Below are positions 1 through 9,772 of a stretch of 64,000 nucleotides of DNA, one piece after another. The position numbers and the translations under genes are program-made. Location: positions 248 to 64,247 of the forward strand of contig JALTFL010000001.1 of NCBI GenBank assembly GCA_027007025.1. Direction: 5' to 3'. The notes beneath the pieces were generated by a model. That model was not told the DNA's origin. It ran no database searches and saw only the letters and a program-made list of their open reading frames with translations. This DNA comes from Nanobdellati archaeon (GTDB taxonomy: Archaea > Nanobdellota > Nanobdellia > CSSed11-243R1). The first letter of the stretch is position 1; each line of letters opens with the position of its first letter.

Positions 1-303
1 TTTTATACACGGGCATAAATATCCGAGCGAAGAAGCTATGAAAAGCAAACTTTTGATAATGGCACACATACACCCGACTTTGAAGCTGAAAGATAATTCT
101 GGAACAACACACAGGTATCCTTATTGGATTATAGGCAGGATAAAGAAAGGGGAACTAAAAAGATACAAGGAAATAAAATGCGAAAAGGTGATTGTTATGC
201 CTTCTTTCAATCCCTTGACTTCGGGACACTCAAAACTGAACGGTGTGTTCGCGAAAGCAATAAAAAAAGAGGAAAAAATACTTCTGGACTTGACGAGAGT
301 CAG

Positions 304-798
304 CTAGTGCTTTACAAAAAATCCCCTGTCCAAAATGTTCTTGACAAGAGTTCCTTCTTTTATTCCTTCTTCTGATGAAAACATCGCCTTGCCGAACCCG
401 AGGGCTTCGTTGAACTTGTTCGTAACGACGACGATGTCTCCCTTAGAGATATCATTCGAGAAAGATGAGATGTACTTTTTCGTGAGGTTGCGCCTGTAAA
501 GGAACTTTTCCTCGCCGAACTTTGTGACGACGACCCTTTTCTTGCCGAACTTCGAGTATTTTTCAGCAACGTAAAAACCGAACTTAATTTCCTCTCCGAC
601 TTCCGCGAAAAAAACACCTATCCACTCCACAGGGATATGAAGTTTGCTTAAAACATTATACACCCCTTTAGACGCCAAGAATACTTTTTTTGACTCATCA
701 TCATAAAGGACAACTTTCCCGCTGAACAACTTCGTAACTCCGGGAAGAATTGAATCCATCCATTTGAACTCGCGCGGGTTAACTTGCTTCAAAACCAT
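304..798 (-). CDS. PUA-domain protein, NIP7-like (pre-PUA + PUA)
   Basis: 164 aa; C-terminal GDIVVVTNKFNEALGFGKA resembles PUA fold of archaeal NIP7 homologs. Confidence 0.45.
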   Translation of the reverse strand: MVLKQVNPREFKWMDSILPGVTKLFSGKVVLYDDESKKVFLASKGVYNVLSKLHIPVEWIGVFFAEVGEEIKFGFYVAEKYSKFGKKRVVVTKFGEEKFLYRRNLTKKYISSFSNDISKGDIVVVTNKFNEALGFGKAMFSSEEGIKEGTLVKNILDRGFFVKH

Positions 799-831
799 AC
801 CTTTAAAGAGTACAAAAATAAATATAAGGTT

Positions 832-990
832 ATGGAAAAAACAATGATAATTAACCTAATCGCGCTTTTCTTTTTAATTGGGGGATTCATCTCATTCTTT
901 GTGTGGAATAGAAGTGTCTCAAGCGCTATGGTTTTGGTGGGCGTCGCTTTGTATTTTATTGCAAAGAGGATTACACCTTCACAAGCTTAG
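832..990 (+). CDS. small membrane protein (hypothetical, 2 TM)
   Basis: ATG at 832 preceded by AAGGT; two hydrophobic helices; sits between two minus-strand genes. Confidence 0.25.
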   Translation: MEKTMIINLIALFFLIGGFISFFVWNRSVSSAMVLVGVALYFIAKRITPSQA

Positions 991-1894
991 CCAAGAAAAA
1001 TGCCTGTGTATTGTACTTGAACGGAACAACCCTTCCGCACTTCGAGAGAAACTGACTGTGTTTCTGGCCGAAAAATGAAACCATGCCTTTGTCTATGTAT
1101 TTGCCTATTTTCAATGGAAGCAGCTTGAATCCAAGCTCGTTGACTGCAAATTCCACCACTTCCTCATTTTCCTCAGGAGCGGTAGAACAGGTTGAGTAAA
1201 CCAAAATCCCGCCTTTTTTCAATAAGTTGTAAGCTGACTTGACAAGAGATTTCTGCAGTTTTTGAAACCTCGCATAGTCCTCCTTTTTTATCTTCTTTCT
1301 AAGCTCTGGATTTTTTGCCATGGTTCCGTCGGAGGAGCACGGCGCGTCAAGAAGGATTTTATCAAATTGTACGCCTATTTTTTGAAGGTTCCGCGAATCT
1401 GCGTTCAGGACAATCACATTTTGTGCGCCCATCCTTTCAATATTATTCTTCAATGAATCCAAGCGCTCTTTGTTTGAATCGACAGCCACAATCGTTCCCT
1501 TGTTGTTCATCAGCTGGGAAAGATGTGTTGTCTTTCCTCCCGGCGACGCCGCCATGTCCAAAACCAAATTATTCTGGCTCGGAGAAAGTTCTATTGGCGG
1601 AAGGGTTGACGCTGGGTCCAAGACATAAAAGTAGCCCATTAAGTATTCCACTGTTGTCGAGATGGGCTTAGGCTCCCTCATCAGGAAAAAAATGTAATTG
1701 CTCCACGGGACTTTTGAAAGAACATATCCTTTTGCTCTCAGCCTGCTCAAGCACCTGTTGACTCCCACTTTTGTGGTGTTTATCCTTATCGCCTTTGTAG
1801 GTTTCCTTGAATAAGCGGCAATTACTTTATTGAAATTGCTACCGAACAAATTCTTGAGCCGCTCTAGAAAGAAGTTTGGATAATTACTGCGCAT
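971..1894 (-). CDS. NOL1/NOP2/Sun-family RNA cytosine-C5 methyltransferase
   Basis: SAM motif LDMAASPGGKTTHL and catalytic DAPCSSDGT/TCS motifs. Confidence 0.85.
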   Translation of the reverse strand: MRSNYPNFFLERLKNLFGSNFNKVIAAYSRKPTKAIRINTTKVGVNRCLSRLRAKGYVLSKVPWSNYIFFLMREPKPISTTVEYLMGYFYVLDPASTLPPIELSPSQNNLVLDMAASPGGKTTHLSQLMNNKGTIVAVDSNKERLDSLKNNIERMGAQNVIVLNADSRNLQKIGVQFDKILLDAPCSSDGTMAKNPELRKKIKKEDYARFQKLQKSLVKSAYNLLKKGGILVYSTCSTAPEENEEVVEFAVNELGFKLLPLKIGKYIDKGMVSFFGQKHSQFLSKCGRVVPFKYNTQAFFLAKLVKV

Positions 1895-3131
1895 TTTTGA
1901 TACCCTTCTTAATTAGTGCCTTGACTATCCTCTTGACGTCGGTTTCCCTGCGCTTGACATCCGCCACCAGGTTTATCCCGTCAATGTAAACTTTTTTCCA
2001 CTTCGAAACAAAAATGTCGAAATGTTCCTTCGGCACCCATACCGGCGGACCGTAGTGCTTTTTCATTTTTGAAAGTTTAAGCGTGCTCAGCTCGAAGTAA
2101 ACCTTGACTGACTTCCCATCGCTTAAATAACCGTAATCATAAACATCTATATCTTCCCTCTCAATCGAAGAGTTAATACGCTTCAAAATTTTGTTCAGCT
2201 TGGCGAAGAAGATATCTTCCTTTTGGGAATCAATTTTTATTGTTTCAGCCACGAAAAGCGTTCCCCTCTTTTTGCTGCGCTCCTTCAAGTCGGCTATTGA
2301 AATTTTCTTCTTCCTGAACGCCGACAAAGACGGCTTCTTCCTGAACATCCTAAGAGCCAAAACCAAATTGGCAAAAGTTGTGTAGTTAAGCGAAGCGCTT
2401 GCGTTCCTGGACTTCATCACAGGGTCTATGAGCACTATTGGAGAGCTAATTTTCGGCTTTGACAACTGCCTTTTGGCGTCGTAAAAACTTTTATAGTGAT
2501 TTTCAATGTCAATGAAAACCGGTGGCTTCAGCTTGCAAGATTGATTAACCAAGTTCTTGAAAGAGCCGAAATGAATCATAAGCAGTTCGCTCACATATCC
2601 TGAAATTCCTGAAATGTGTGTTTCAGCCCCATAAACATTGTGCGCCTTCGCGAACATCTTGAACAGCCTTATCTCGTCCGCCAATTTCGGATTGTGGGAT
2701 ATTTTGTTCTTAATATAATTCACGTGGAAAATTGAAGCGTCCATGCTATTCTTCGCATCGCTTGGGGAGTTCACTTTCATAACAGGTATGATTTCAAGAT
2801 TGCACCCATTGAACTTAAGCTTGCAGTAATTTCTGCTTCCGTGCATAATCTCGCATCTGCCGAAAGCCCTTTTGACAACACCGACAAGCAGGTTTCCTAT
2901 CTCCTCATCCTTGTATCCTTTAAATCTCACAAACAAGTCAACGTCATAGTCTCCCTTTATCCACGTGCCCTTAGCGATGCTTCCGCCGACGAAAACTTCG
3001 GCGTTGATTCCCATCTTGGAAAGCTGAGAAGTCAAGAGAGATTTGGAAAGATTTATAATCGACTCCACTTTAGCTATCTCTGATTTTGATGGAGTTATCC
3101 TTTTCACTACCTTTTTGAGTATGGAATCCAT
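1884..3131 (-). CDS. cca: archaeal class I CCA-adding tRNA nucleotidyltransferase
   Basis: GSIAKGTWIKGDYDVDLFV nucleotidyltransferase motif, 415 aa as archaeal CCA enzymes. Confidence 0.85.
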   Translation of the reverse strand: MDSILKKVVKRITPSKSEIAKVESIINLSKSLLTSQLSKMGINAEVFVGGSIAKGTWIKGDYDVDLFVRFKGYKDEEIGNLLVGVVKRAFGRCEIMHGSRNYCKLKFNGCNLEIIPVMKVNSPSDAKNSMDASIFHVNYIKNKISHNPKLADEIRLFKMFAKAHNVYGAETHISGISGYVSELLMIHFGSFKNLVNQSCKLKPPVFIDIENHYKSFYDAKRQLSKPKISSPIVLIDPVMKSRNASASLNYTTFANLVLALRMFRKKPSLSAFRKKKISIADLKERSKKRGTLFVAETIKIDSQKEDIFFAKLNKILKRINSSIEREDIDVYDYGYLSDGKSVKVYFELSTLKLSKMKKHYGPPVWVPKEHFDIFVSKWKKVYIDGINLVADVKRRETDVKRIVKALIKKGIKNAQ

Positions 3132-3173
3132 AATAAAATATAATCAATCTCAACTTTAAAAAATAGTGGTAAA

Positions 3174-5915
3174 ATGACGTTCGAAAACCTGCATCCAAAA
3201 ATACGGGAATGGCTTGACAAACAGGGATACTTAGAAAGCACGCTACCCCAGAGGATGGCAATTCCAAATATAACAAAAGGAAAGGACATACTAATAATTG
3301 CTCCTACCGGACACGGGAAGACTCTCGCAGCAGTCCTACCGATATTTGACATGCTCCTCAAAGACAAAGACAAAAAGGGGATTCGGTTTCTTTACATAAC
3401 TCCGCTGAAAAGCCTAAACAGGGACATACTTGACAGGATAATAAAACTCGCGAGTTATATCGGACTGGATGTCGATTTGAGGCACGGAGACACCACAAAA
3501 AAAGAGAGAGCGCAGCAGCTTGCGGACCCCGCGGATGTGCTCATATCAACTCCCGAAACCCTCCAGGCAATTTTGATTGGGAAAAGATTCAGGGAACTTC
3601 TCAGGAACGTTGAGTATGTTGTCGTTGACGAGATTCATGAACTTTGCGAAAACAAAAGAGGAACACAGCTTTCGCTTGCCCTAGAAAGACTTGAGAGTCT
3701 GCGAGGCAAAAAATTCCAGAGGATAGGACTGTCCGCAACGGTGGGAGACCCAAAAAAAATCGCCAAGTTCCTGACAAGCAATGAGTGTGAGATAATAGAC
3801 GCCCGTGCCGAAAAGAAATACGAATTCAATGTTGACTATCCTAGGCCGTCAGCGGAAGACTTCGCTCTCGCGAGGGAGATAAGCACCACCCCCAACGTGG
3901 CGTACTGCCTGAGAAAAATTGATAGGATGGTTGAGGAAAGCAGGTCGACAATTGTCTTTGTAAACACAAGAGAGACGGCGGAAGGAATAGGCGCGAAATT
4001 CAGGATGTGGAAACCTGACGCAAAAATCGCTGTACATCATTCATCCCTATCTAAAGGTGTGCGGCTCGATGTAGAGCAGAAATTCAAGAACGGGGAACTC
4101 AAGGCGATAATCTCGACCTCCTCACTGGAGCTTGGAATTGATGTCGGAAGCGTTGATTTAGTCATTCAATATGGCTCGCCCCGCCAGGCGACAAAACTAA
4201 TACAGCGCGTGGGAAGAAGCGGGCACGGAGTCGGGAGGATTTCAAAGGGAGAAATAATATGCAACTCAATCGACGACTACCTTGAAGCCCTTGCTGTTGT
4301 CAAAAAAATCGAAGACGGCTGGCTCGAGGAGCCGACAATTCCAGAAAAGCCGTACGACGTTCTCTCGCACCAGATTGTCGGAATTTGCATGGATTTCCAA
4401 AACGAGAGCAGGACTCCAACAAGAGATGAAATTTACAAAATAGTAACAAAATCATACCCATACAGGAAATTGTCAAGGGAAGAATTGGATTCCATGATTG
4501 AATTAATGAAAGACATCCACCTTATAGGCGAAAAGGATGAAGGGCTGTTCAGGACGAGAAAGGGTATGATGTACTATTTCGAAAACCTTTCTATGATTCC
4601 CCACGAAAGAGACTACAAGGTATTCGCATCTGACTTGAACAAGGTAATTGGAATTCTCCACCAGGGATTCGTAGCTGAGCACATAAAGCACGGGGCACAG
4701 TTCATCATGAAAGGCGAAACCTGGCGCGTTGTTGATGTAGAGGAAGACAAAGTAAATGTGGTGTCAAGCGAGAGCGGAGAGGGAGCAGTCCCGAGCTGGG
4801 AAGGAGAATTGATACCAGTTCCCATGGAAATAGCAAAACTCGCAGGAGATTTGCGAGAAAAATTCGCCCTCGGGGAGCTGAAAAAACAAAAGGATGATTT
4901 CGTGATTTCCACAAGCAAGAGGATGTTCATAGAATCCTATGAAGATTACACGATTGTCCATTCCTGTTTCGGAAGCAAGGTTAACCAGACACTCTCAAAG
5001 GCAATTGGTGCAATGATAACATCCAAAATTGGCTCCTCAATCGGCGTTCAGAACGACGCTTATAGATTGCTTTTCAAGATGCCGTTGATAGTCGGGCAGG
5101 AGCAGATAGTCGAAGCAATGAACGAGCTTCAGCCAGAATGGATTGACGATATAATCAAAAAGTCTATGAAGAACACCTCGATGTTCCTTTATCGGTTTTA
5201 CCACGTGGCGAAAAGATTTGGCATAGTCGACAAAAACGCGGAGTTCTCACAGTATATCCTATCGCGACTGACGACTGTCTACCAAAACACATTCGTGTAT
5301 GAAGAGGCAATGAAGGAACTGCTTAGAGAAAAGCTCGACACGAAAAGCGCGAGGGACATTCTGGAAAAAATAAAAAGCGGAAAAATTGAAGTTATAAACT
5401 CCCCGAATTATGAGATTTCCCCTCTTGGAGTCGAAGGGCTGAGATACAGGACTTCACTCATGAAACCAAAGGGAAAGATAAAAGAAATTTATAATCTTGT
5501 CAAGGAAAGGCTGAAAAACAGGAAGTTCTGGTTCGGATGCCTCTCGTGCGGGAATACAATCGGCGTTTATTCCGTGAAAAATGTTCCAGAGAATTTGAAG
5601 TGTCCAAAATGCGGAGCTAAGCTAATAGGGTTTGTGCCATATAAGGAAAGTGAAATAGCCAAGAAGATACTCAGAAAATATACCAACAAGCAGAAGTTAA
5701 ACGAGGAGGAAGAAAAATTCATAAAAAAATTCAGCGAAACCGCCGAGATGTTCATCAATTATGGGAAGTCTGCGGTTTTCGTGCTTGCGGGCTACGGAAT
5801 AGGGCCGAAAGTCGGTAGAAGAATTCTCAATAGGTATCATAAAAATGAAGATGACTTGGTTAAAGACATAATAAAAGAAGAAAAAAGATTCATAGAAACG
5901 AGAATTTTCTGGTAA
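3174..5915 (+). CDS. Lhr-like SF2 ATP-dependent helicase with C-terminal zinc ribbon
   Basis: Walker A TGHGKT, DEIHEL box, SAT motif, C-terminal CxxC..CxxC; 913 aa. Confidence 0.75.
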   Translation: MTFENLHPKIREWLDKQGYLESTLPQRMAIPNITKGKDILIIAPTGHGKTLAAVLPIFDMLLKDKDKKGIRFLYITPLKSLNRDILDRIIKLASYIGLDVDLRHGDTTKKERAQQLADPADVLISTPETLQAILIGKRFRELLRNVEYVVVDEIHELCENKRGTQLSLALERLESLRGKKFQRIGLSATVGDPKKIAKFLTSNECEIIDARAEKKYEFNVDYPRPSAEDFALAREISTTPNVAYCLRKIDRMVEESRSTIVFVNTRETAEGIGAKFRMWKPDAKIAVHHSSLSKGVRLDVEQKFKNGELKAIISTSSLELGIDVGSVDLVIQYGSPRQATKLIQRVGRSGHGVGRISKGEIICNSIDDYLEALAVVKKIEDGWLEEPTIPEKPYDVLSHQIVGICMDFQNESRTPTRDEIYKIVTKSYPYRKLSREELDSMIELMKDIHLIGEKDEGLFRTRKGMMYYFENLSMIPHERDYKVFASDLNKVIGILHQGFVAEHIKHGAQFIMKGETWRVVDVEEDKVNVVSSESGEGAVPSWEGELIPVPMEIAKLAGDLREKFALGELKKQKDDFVISTSKRMFIESYEDYTIVHSCFGSKVNQTLSKAIGAMITSKIGSSIGVQNDAYRLLFKMPLIVGQEQIVEAMNELQPEWIDDIIKKSMKNTSMFLYRFYHVAKRFGIVDKNAEFSQYILSRLTTVYQNTFVYEEAMKELLREKLDTKSARDILEKIKSGKIEVINSPNYEISPLGVEGLRYRTSLMKPKGKIKEIYNLVKERLKNRKFWFGCLSCGNTIGVYSVKNVPENLKCPKCGAKLIGFVPYKESEIAKKILRKYTNKQKLNEEEEKFIKKFSETAEMFINYGKSAVFVLAGYGIGPKVGRRILNRYHKNEDDLVKDIIKEEKRFIETRIFW

Positions 5916-5920
5916 CCCCC

Positions 5921-6030
5921 TTTTATGAAAGCACGTACGGAAAAATATAAGTTTTTTCTCTTAGTGCAGTTTCTCTTTTCTAAAGAGAAAGTGCTTTCTT
6001 TAGTGCAGCTTTCTTCTTAAGAAAGGTACT
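5921..6030. repeat. cluster of degenerate CTTTCTY..RAGAAAG hairpins plus GCACGTACGGAAAAA motif (terminator-like, same family as tRNA-intron core)
   Basis: between convergent helicase and TyrRS 3' ends; repeated tttctcttttctaaagagaaag / tttcttcttaagaaagg hairpins and T6 tract. Confidence 0.5.
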
Positions 6031-7045
6031 AGGAAAGGAAAGCGTCGCCAAGAGCTTCGAGTTCATCCTTGTGCTCCTCAAAATACTTTCTTATTTTGGA
6101 GAAGATGTTCACGAGCTCGTTTGTCAGCGCCGCCTTGATGTCCAGCGGGTGGAGTTCCTTATCAATGAACTTTCTCTCCAAGTCGTCATAAAACTCGAAT
6201 TTTATGTCGCCACCGAATTTTTCAGGGCGCTTTATCTCGACACTTCCCTTAAGCGGGAAGACAACATATTTGTAAAGTTGTAATATTGGATTGTCCTTCA
6301 CCTCACCTGCCGGACAATACGCTTTCTTGATTTTCTCACGAATTGCTTCCTCGGAATCATGAACTTTTATGCTCGTTTCGGGAATTGACGCGCTCATCTT
6401 TACGCCGGGACCTTTCAGGCTAACCATCAGCGGCATCATAACTTCCACCCTTGATTTGTATCCCACTTTTGGAAGGTACTCCCTTGCATACGCAAGAATG
6501 TGTCGCTGGTCTATGCCGCCAAGCTGTATGTCAACTTTTAGGTATTCCTCGTCGAGCGCCTGCATCACAGGGTAAATTAATTCAGAAACCTTTGGGTTTT
6601 TCATCCTAGTGACTTCTGACGCCGCCCTTGTCGCCCTCTTGACTGTCGTGAAAGATGAAAGCTTCAGGATGTCTGCCTGGTATTCCCTTGTGAGCTCGAA
6701 GTCAGAGCCAAAGACAAATTCCGGCTTTGTTTTCCACGGAATCGCTAGCTCTAGGCATTTTTTCACATACTCCCTTCTCTTTTGAATTTCGTCCCATGGG
6801 GTTTTCAAGTCATCAAGCGCGGCGTGTATGTCGGCAATCATTATTTTCGTCTTTATTCCTGCCTTGCTGAAATCGAAAATCTTGCCCATTGTTGCTAGAT
6901 AACCCATATGAACTGGTCCTGTTGGGGCAATTCCCCAATACGCAGTAGGATTGCTTTTTGTCTTCAGCAGTTCCCTCAGTTCATCTTCAGTGAGAATTTC
7001 CTTTGTGTTCTGCTTCGCCAATTCGAATTTATCCTTCCATTCCAT
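6029..7045 (-). CDS. tyrS: tyrosyl-tRNA synthetase (archaeal type)
   Basis: near-collinear with M. jannaschii TyrRS incl. KMSAS and C-terminal KRPEKFGGD; HIGH region reads HMGY. Confidence 0.9.
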   Translation of the reverse strand: MEWKDKFELAKQNTKEILTEDELRELLKTKSNPTAYWGIAPTGPVHMGYLATMGKIFDFSKAGIKTKIMIADIHAALDDLKTPWDEIQKRREYVKKCLELAIPWKTKPEFVFGSDFELTREYQADILKLSSFTTVKRATRAASEVTRMKNPKVSELIYPVMQALDEEYLKVDIQLGGIDQRHILAYAREYLPKVGYKSRVEVMMPLMVSLKGPGVKMSASIPETSIKVHDSEEAIREKIKKAYCPAGEVKDNPILQLYKYVVFPLKGSVEIKRPEKFGGDIKFEFYDDLERKFIDKELHPLDIKAALTNELVNIFSKIRKYFEEHKDELEALGDAFLS

Positions 7046-7073
7046 GATTACATCAACAAGTTAGTCATTTTTA

Positions 7074-7763
7074 TTACTTTCCGAATCTCCTTTTCCTTTT
7101 CTTGAATTCATCCAAGTCCGCACGGAACATTTTGTAATTGTATTCCGGCCAAAGCTCGTCGCGGAATATCAGCTCCGCGTATGATGAATCCCATAACATA
7201 AAACCAGAAAGTCTCTTCTCACCACCAGTCCGTATTATCAAATCAAGAGGTGGAAGATTTTTCGTGTAAATGTTGTGCTTTATTGTTTTCTCGCTGGCTT
7301 TTTTAATATTAGAAGACAAGATATTATTTACAGCGCTGACAATTTCCTCGTGCCCGTCGTAGCACACCGCAAAGTTGAGGACCTTCCCGTTATGTCTTTT
7401 TGTTCTTTCGGAAATCTCATTCATTATTTTTCTCAACCCTTTGGGACACGAGTTCAAATCTCCTATGAAATTAACTCTTATTTTATCTCTATAAATCAAC
7501 TCGAAATCAACCATTTCCTTAAATCCCATTTCCAAAAGCTTGTAAATGAACTTCCGCTCCAGCAGATTCCTTTTCTTTAAGTTGTGAAGCGAAAAAGCAT
7601 ACAAAGTGAGATAATAAGGTTCATCCAGCTTTGCCCATTTAATCAGCAAGTTTTCAAGAGCTTTTTTGCCTTCAAGGTGCCCTTTAAATTTTGGAAAAAG
7701 TTTTTTCTTTGTCGCATACCTTCTGTTGCCATCCATTATTATTCCAACATGCATCTTGCTCAC
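7074..7763 (-). CDS. uppS: undecaprenyl/di-trans,poly-cis-prenyl diphosphate synthase
   Basis: HVGIIMDGNRRYA motif and full cis-prenyltransferase fold length. Confidence 0.9.
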   Translation of the reverse strand: MSKMHVGIIMDGNRRYATKKKLFPKFKGHLEGKKALENLLIKWAKLDEPYYLTLYAFSLHNLKKRNLLERKFIYKLLEMGFKEMVDFELIYRDKIRVNFIGDLNSCPKGLRKIMNEISERTKRHNGKVLNFAVCYDGHEEIVSAVNNILSSNIKKASEKTIKHNIYTKNLPPLDLIIRTGGEKRLSGFMLWDSSYAELIFRDELWPEYNYKMFRADLDEFKKRKRRFGK

Positions 7764-9734
7764 CTACTCCACAACTCCAAAAACATTTGAACTGTCGAGA
7801 ACGTGCTGCTTGATATCCTCTAATGATAAAGAAGAAATTAACTGCTTGTGCTCTTCCCGGGAAACATTAAGAAGTTGGTTTTTCACATCCTTTGCAATTG
7901 CATCTTTGCTCTTGTCTCCGGGTATCAAAACGGCGTAATATTTTGCCTTCCGCCTAACATTTTCAACGGGACCTGATATGATTTTCAGCGGGTCAATCTG
8001 GACGCCCACCCCGAAGCGAAGCTCGACATCTTTTATGTAATTCTTCCTTCCATAAATCATAAATGCGCCCCTGCCGATATACTCTCCGCTGGGCGCCTTC
8101 TTGGAAACCTGCTCCGGCAAAACCCAGTAAACGCTTTCAAGGCGCTTGTTCCTCCACGCACGAGAGTGGCACAAAGTAAACGTGGCTGCCTCAACTTTAT
8201 CTGTGTCTGTGCTATCTGCGCCTTTTTTCATCACCGCGAACGGCGAGCCGTACACGTCGGCGTGGAAAACAATGTCTCCCTGTTCCAGATATTTCTTTAT
8301 CAAAATCTCATTTTGGGTTGCGTCCTTTCCGGCAATGACTAATTTCCCGCCAGATGTGAAAAACCAATAGAACTTTTCAAACCATTCTCTCTCCTTCTTC
8401 TCGATTTTCTTTGGAGAGGAAACTTGGACTGATTCGCCTTTAATTCTTAATTGTTTTATTTTTTCCTCAACAAGTGCAATTGTCTTTTCCACCCCTTCTA
8501 TTTTTGACGCAAGTTTCTTTGACTTTGTGTACAAATCGTTGGCATTTTCTACCGCGCTCTTGCGGATGTCAATTTTGACTCCACTCTCAAGAACAATTTC
8601 TGCGTTAGATGGAGTGATATCTTCTATCAGCTGTGCTTCCCTGTTGCCCTCAGCTTTTTTTGACTTGAGGGTTGAGATTATTTCATCCCAGCTGTAATTT
8701 TTCTCCCTCGCATTCTGCACAGTTCGAATTATATCATCAACCTCGCCAAGGTGCTGGTATATGAAGTCCGCCTGAGATTTGTAAAGCTCGGACTTCTCAT
8801 TCAACTCTTTAAGATAATTCTTGTGCTGTTCAAGTATTGCCTCCTGCTTTATAATTTCTTTTAAGAACGCATTAGAGATAGTGGTTGATTCCTTGTTGCC
8901 CTCGTAGTTAGTGAAGTAAAAATCAAGTGCTTCGTTGTAGCTGCTGAAAATTCTCTTTTTATTAGAAGCGTATATCTGAAGCAGAAAGGGTTGAACATCC
9001 ACGGGCTTTTTATTTTCGAAGATGACATTTGCCTCAATATCTCCCTCTTTCGCCTTATTGATTAGTCCAATGATATTGTCAAACACAATTCTCAATTGGT
9101 TATCATCAAGTTCATCTACGGGAGTGTTCTTATTAATGTTTGACAAAAGGCAAATCTCCTCAGCATATGTCCCTCCAAGCCCCATTGTTGCTATCGTGCG
9201 AACAATGTCTTTTCCTGAAGATGAGACATGTGTCTTGAAAGAAGGAAAATCAATATCATCAAAGTCAACCTTTTGTGGTGGGAGGTTATACTTCTCACCA
9301 TACCTTATTACTCTGTCCCTCCATGACTGAGATGACAATGGAATGAGAATCTTGTGTTCGCTGTCGCAAAGAATGACATTGCCCTTGCTGAACAACTCGA
9401 AAATCAAAAAGTATTTTTGGACGCCTTTTTTGAACTCAAATTCCATTATCCTCTCGCTGTTAAGCTGCCGCACTGCATTAATCATTGAGTTTGACAGGTA
9501 CTTCCTCAAAAACATTGAGAAGTGTGAAGGTGTTGTGGGATTTTCCTTCTTGTACTCTGTGAGACAAATCACGCGCGGGACATCTGCCTTTAATATTGCC
9601 TTTCCGCCTTTATACAAATAGAAAGCAAATTCTTTTTTTGTTAATTGGTATATCTTTTCTACTCTCGCACCTAAGAGTTTCTGTAATTCTCTCACTAAAA
9701 CAATGATTTCAAGTGAAGTAAGTCCTTCTTTCAT
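7764..9734 (-). CDS. NFACT/FbpA family protein (Rqc2/NEMF homolog)
   Basis: NFACT-N, coiled coil, NFACT-R (FHADVYGSPFAV); start moved to ATG at 9734 to avoid overlap with polB. Confidence 0.8.
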   Translation of the reverse strand: MKEGLTSLEIIVLVRELQKLLGARVEKIYQLTKKEFAFYLYKGGKAILKADVPRVICLTEYKKENPTTPSHFSMFLRKYLSNSMINAVRQLNSERIMEFEFKKGVQKYFLIFELFSKGNVILCDSEHKILIPLSSQSWRDRVIRYGEKYNLPPQKVDFDDIDFPSFKTHVSSSGKDIVRTIATMGLGGTYAEEICLLSNINKNTPVDELDDNQLRIVFDNIIGLINKAKEGDIEANVIFENKKPVDVQPFLLQIYASNKKRIFSSYNEALDFYFTNYEGNKESTTISNAFLKEIIKQEAILEQHKNYLKELNEKSELYKSQADFIYQHLGEVDDIIRTVQNAREKNYSWDEIISTLKSKKAEGNREAQLIEDITPSNAEIVLESGVKIDIRKSAVENANDLYTKSKKLASKIEGVEKTIALVEEKIKQLRIKGESVQVSSPKKIEKKEREWFEKFYWFFTSGGKLVIAGKDATQNEILIKKYLEQGDIVFHADVYGSPFAVMKKGADSTDTDKVEAATFTLCHSRAWRNKRLESVYWVLPEQVSKKAPSGEYIGRGAFMIYGRKNYIKDVELRFGVGVQIDPLKIISGPVENVRRKAKYYAVLIPGDKSKDAIAKDVKNQLLNVSREEHKQLISSLSLEDIKQHVLDSSNVFGVVE

Positions 9735-9772
9735 AGCATAGTTTAAATAGTTTACAAGATTAATATCTTTTG

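Noticed and set aside
38-375. Small plus-strand ORFs at the window start (89 and 83 aa)
   Set aside because: They have no recognisable motifs and overlap each other and the stop of the PUA gene. The region is more likely 3' UTR or the edge of an unseen gene.
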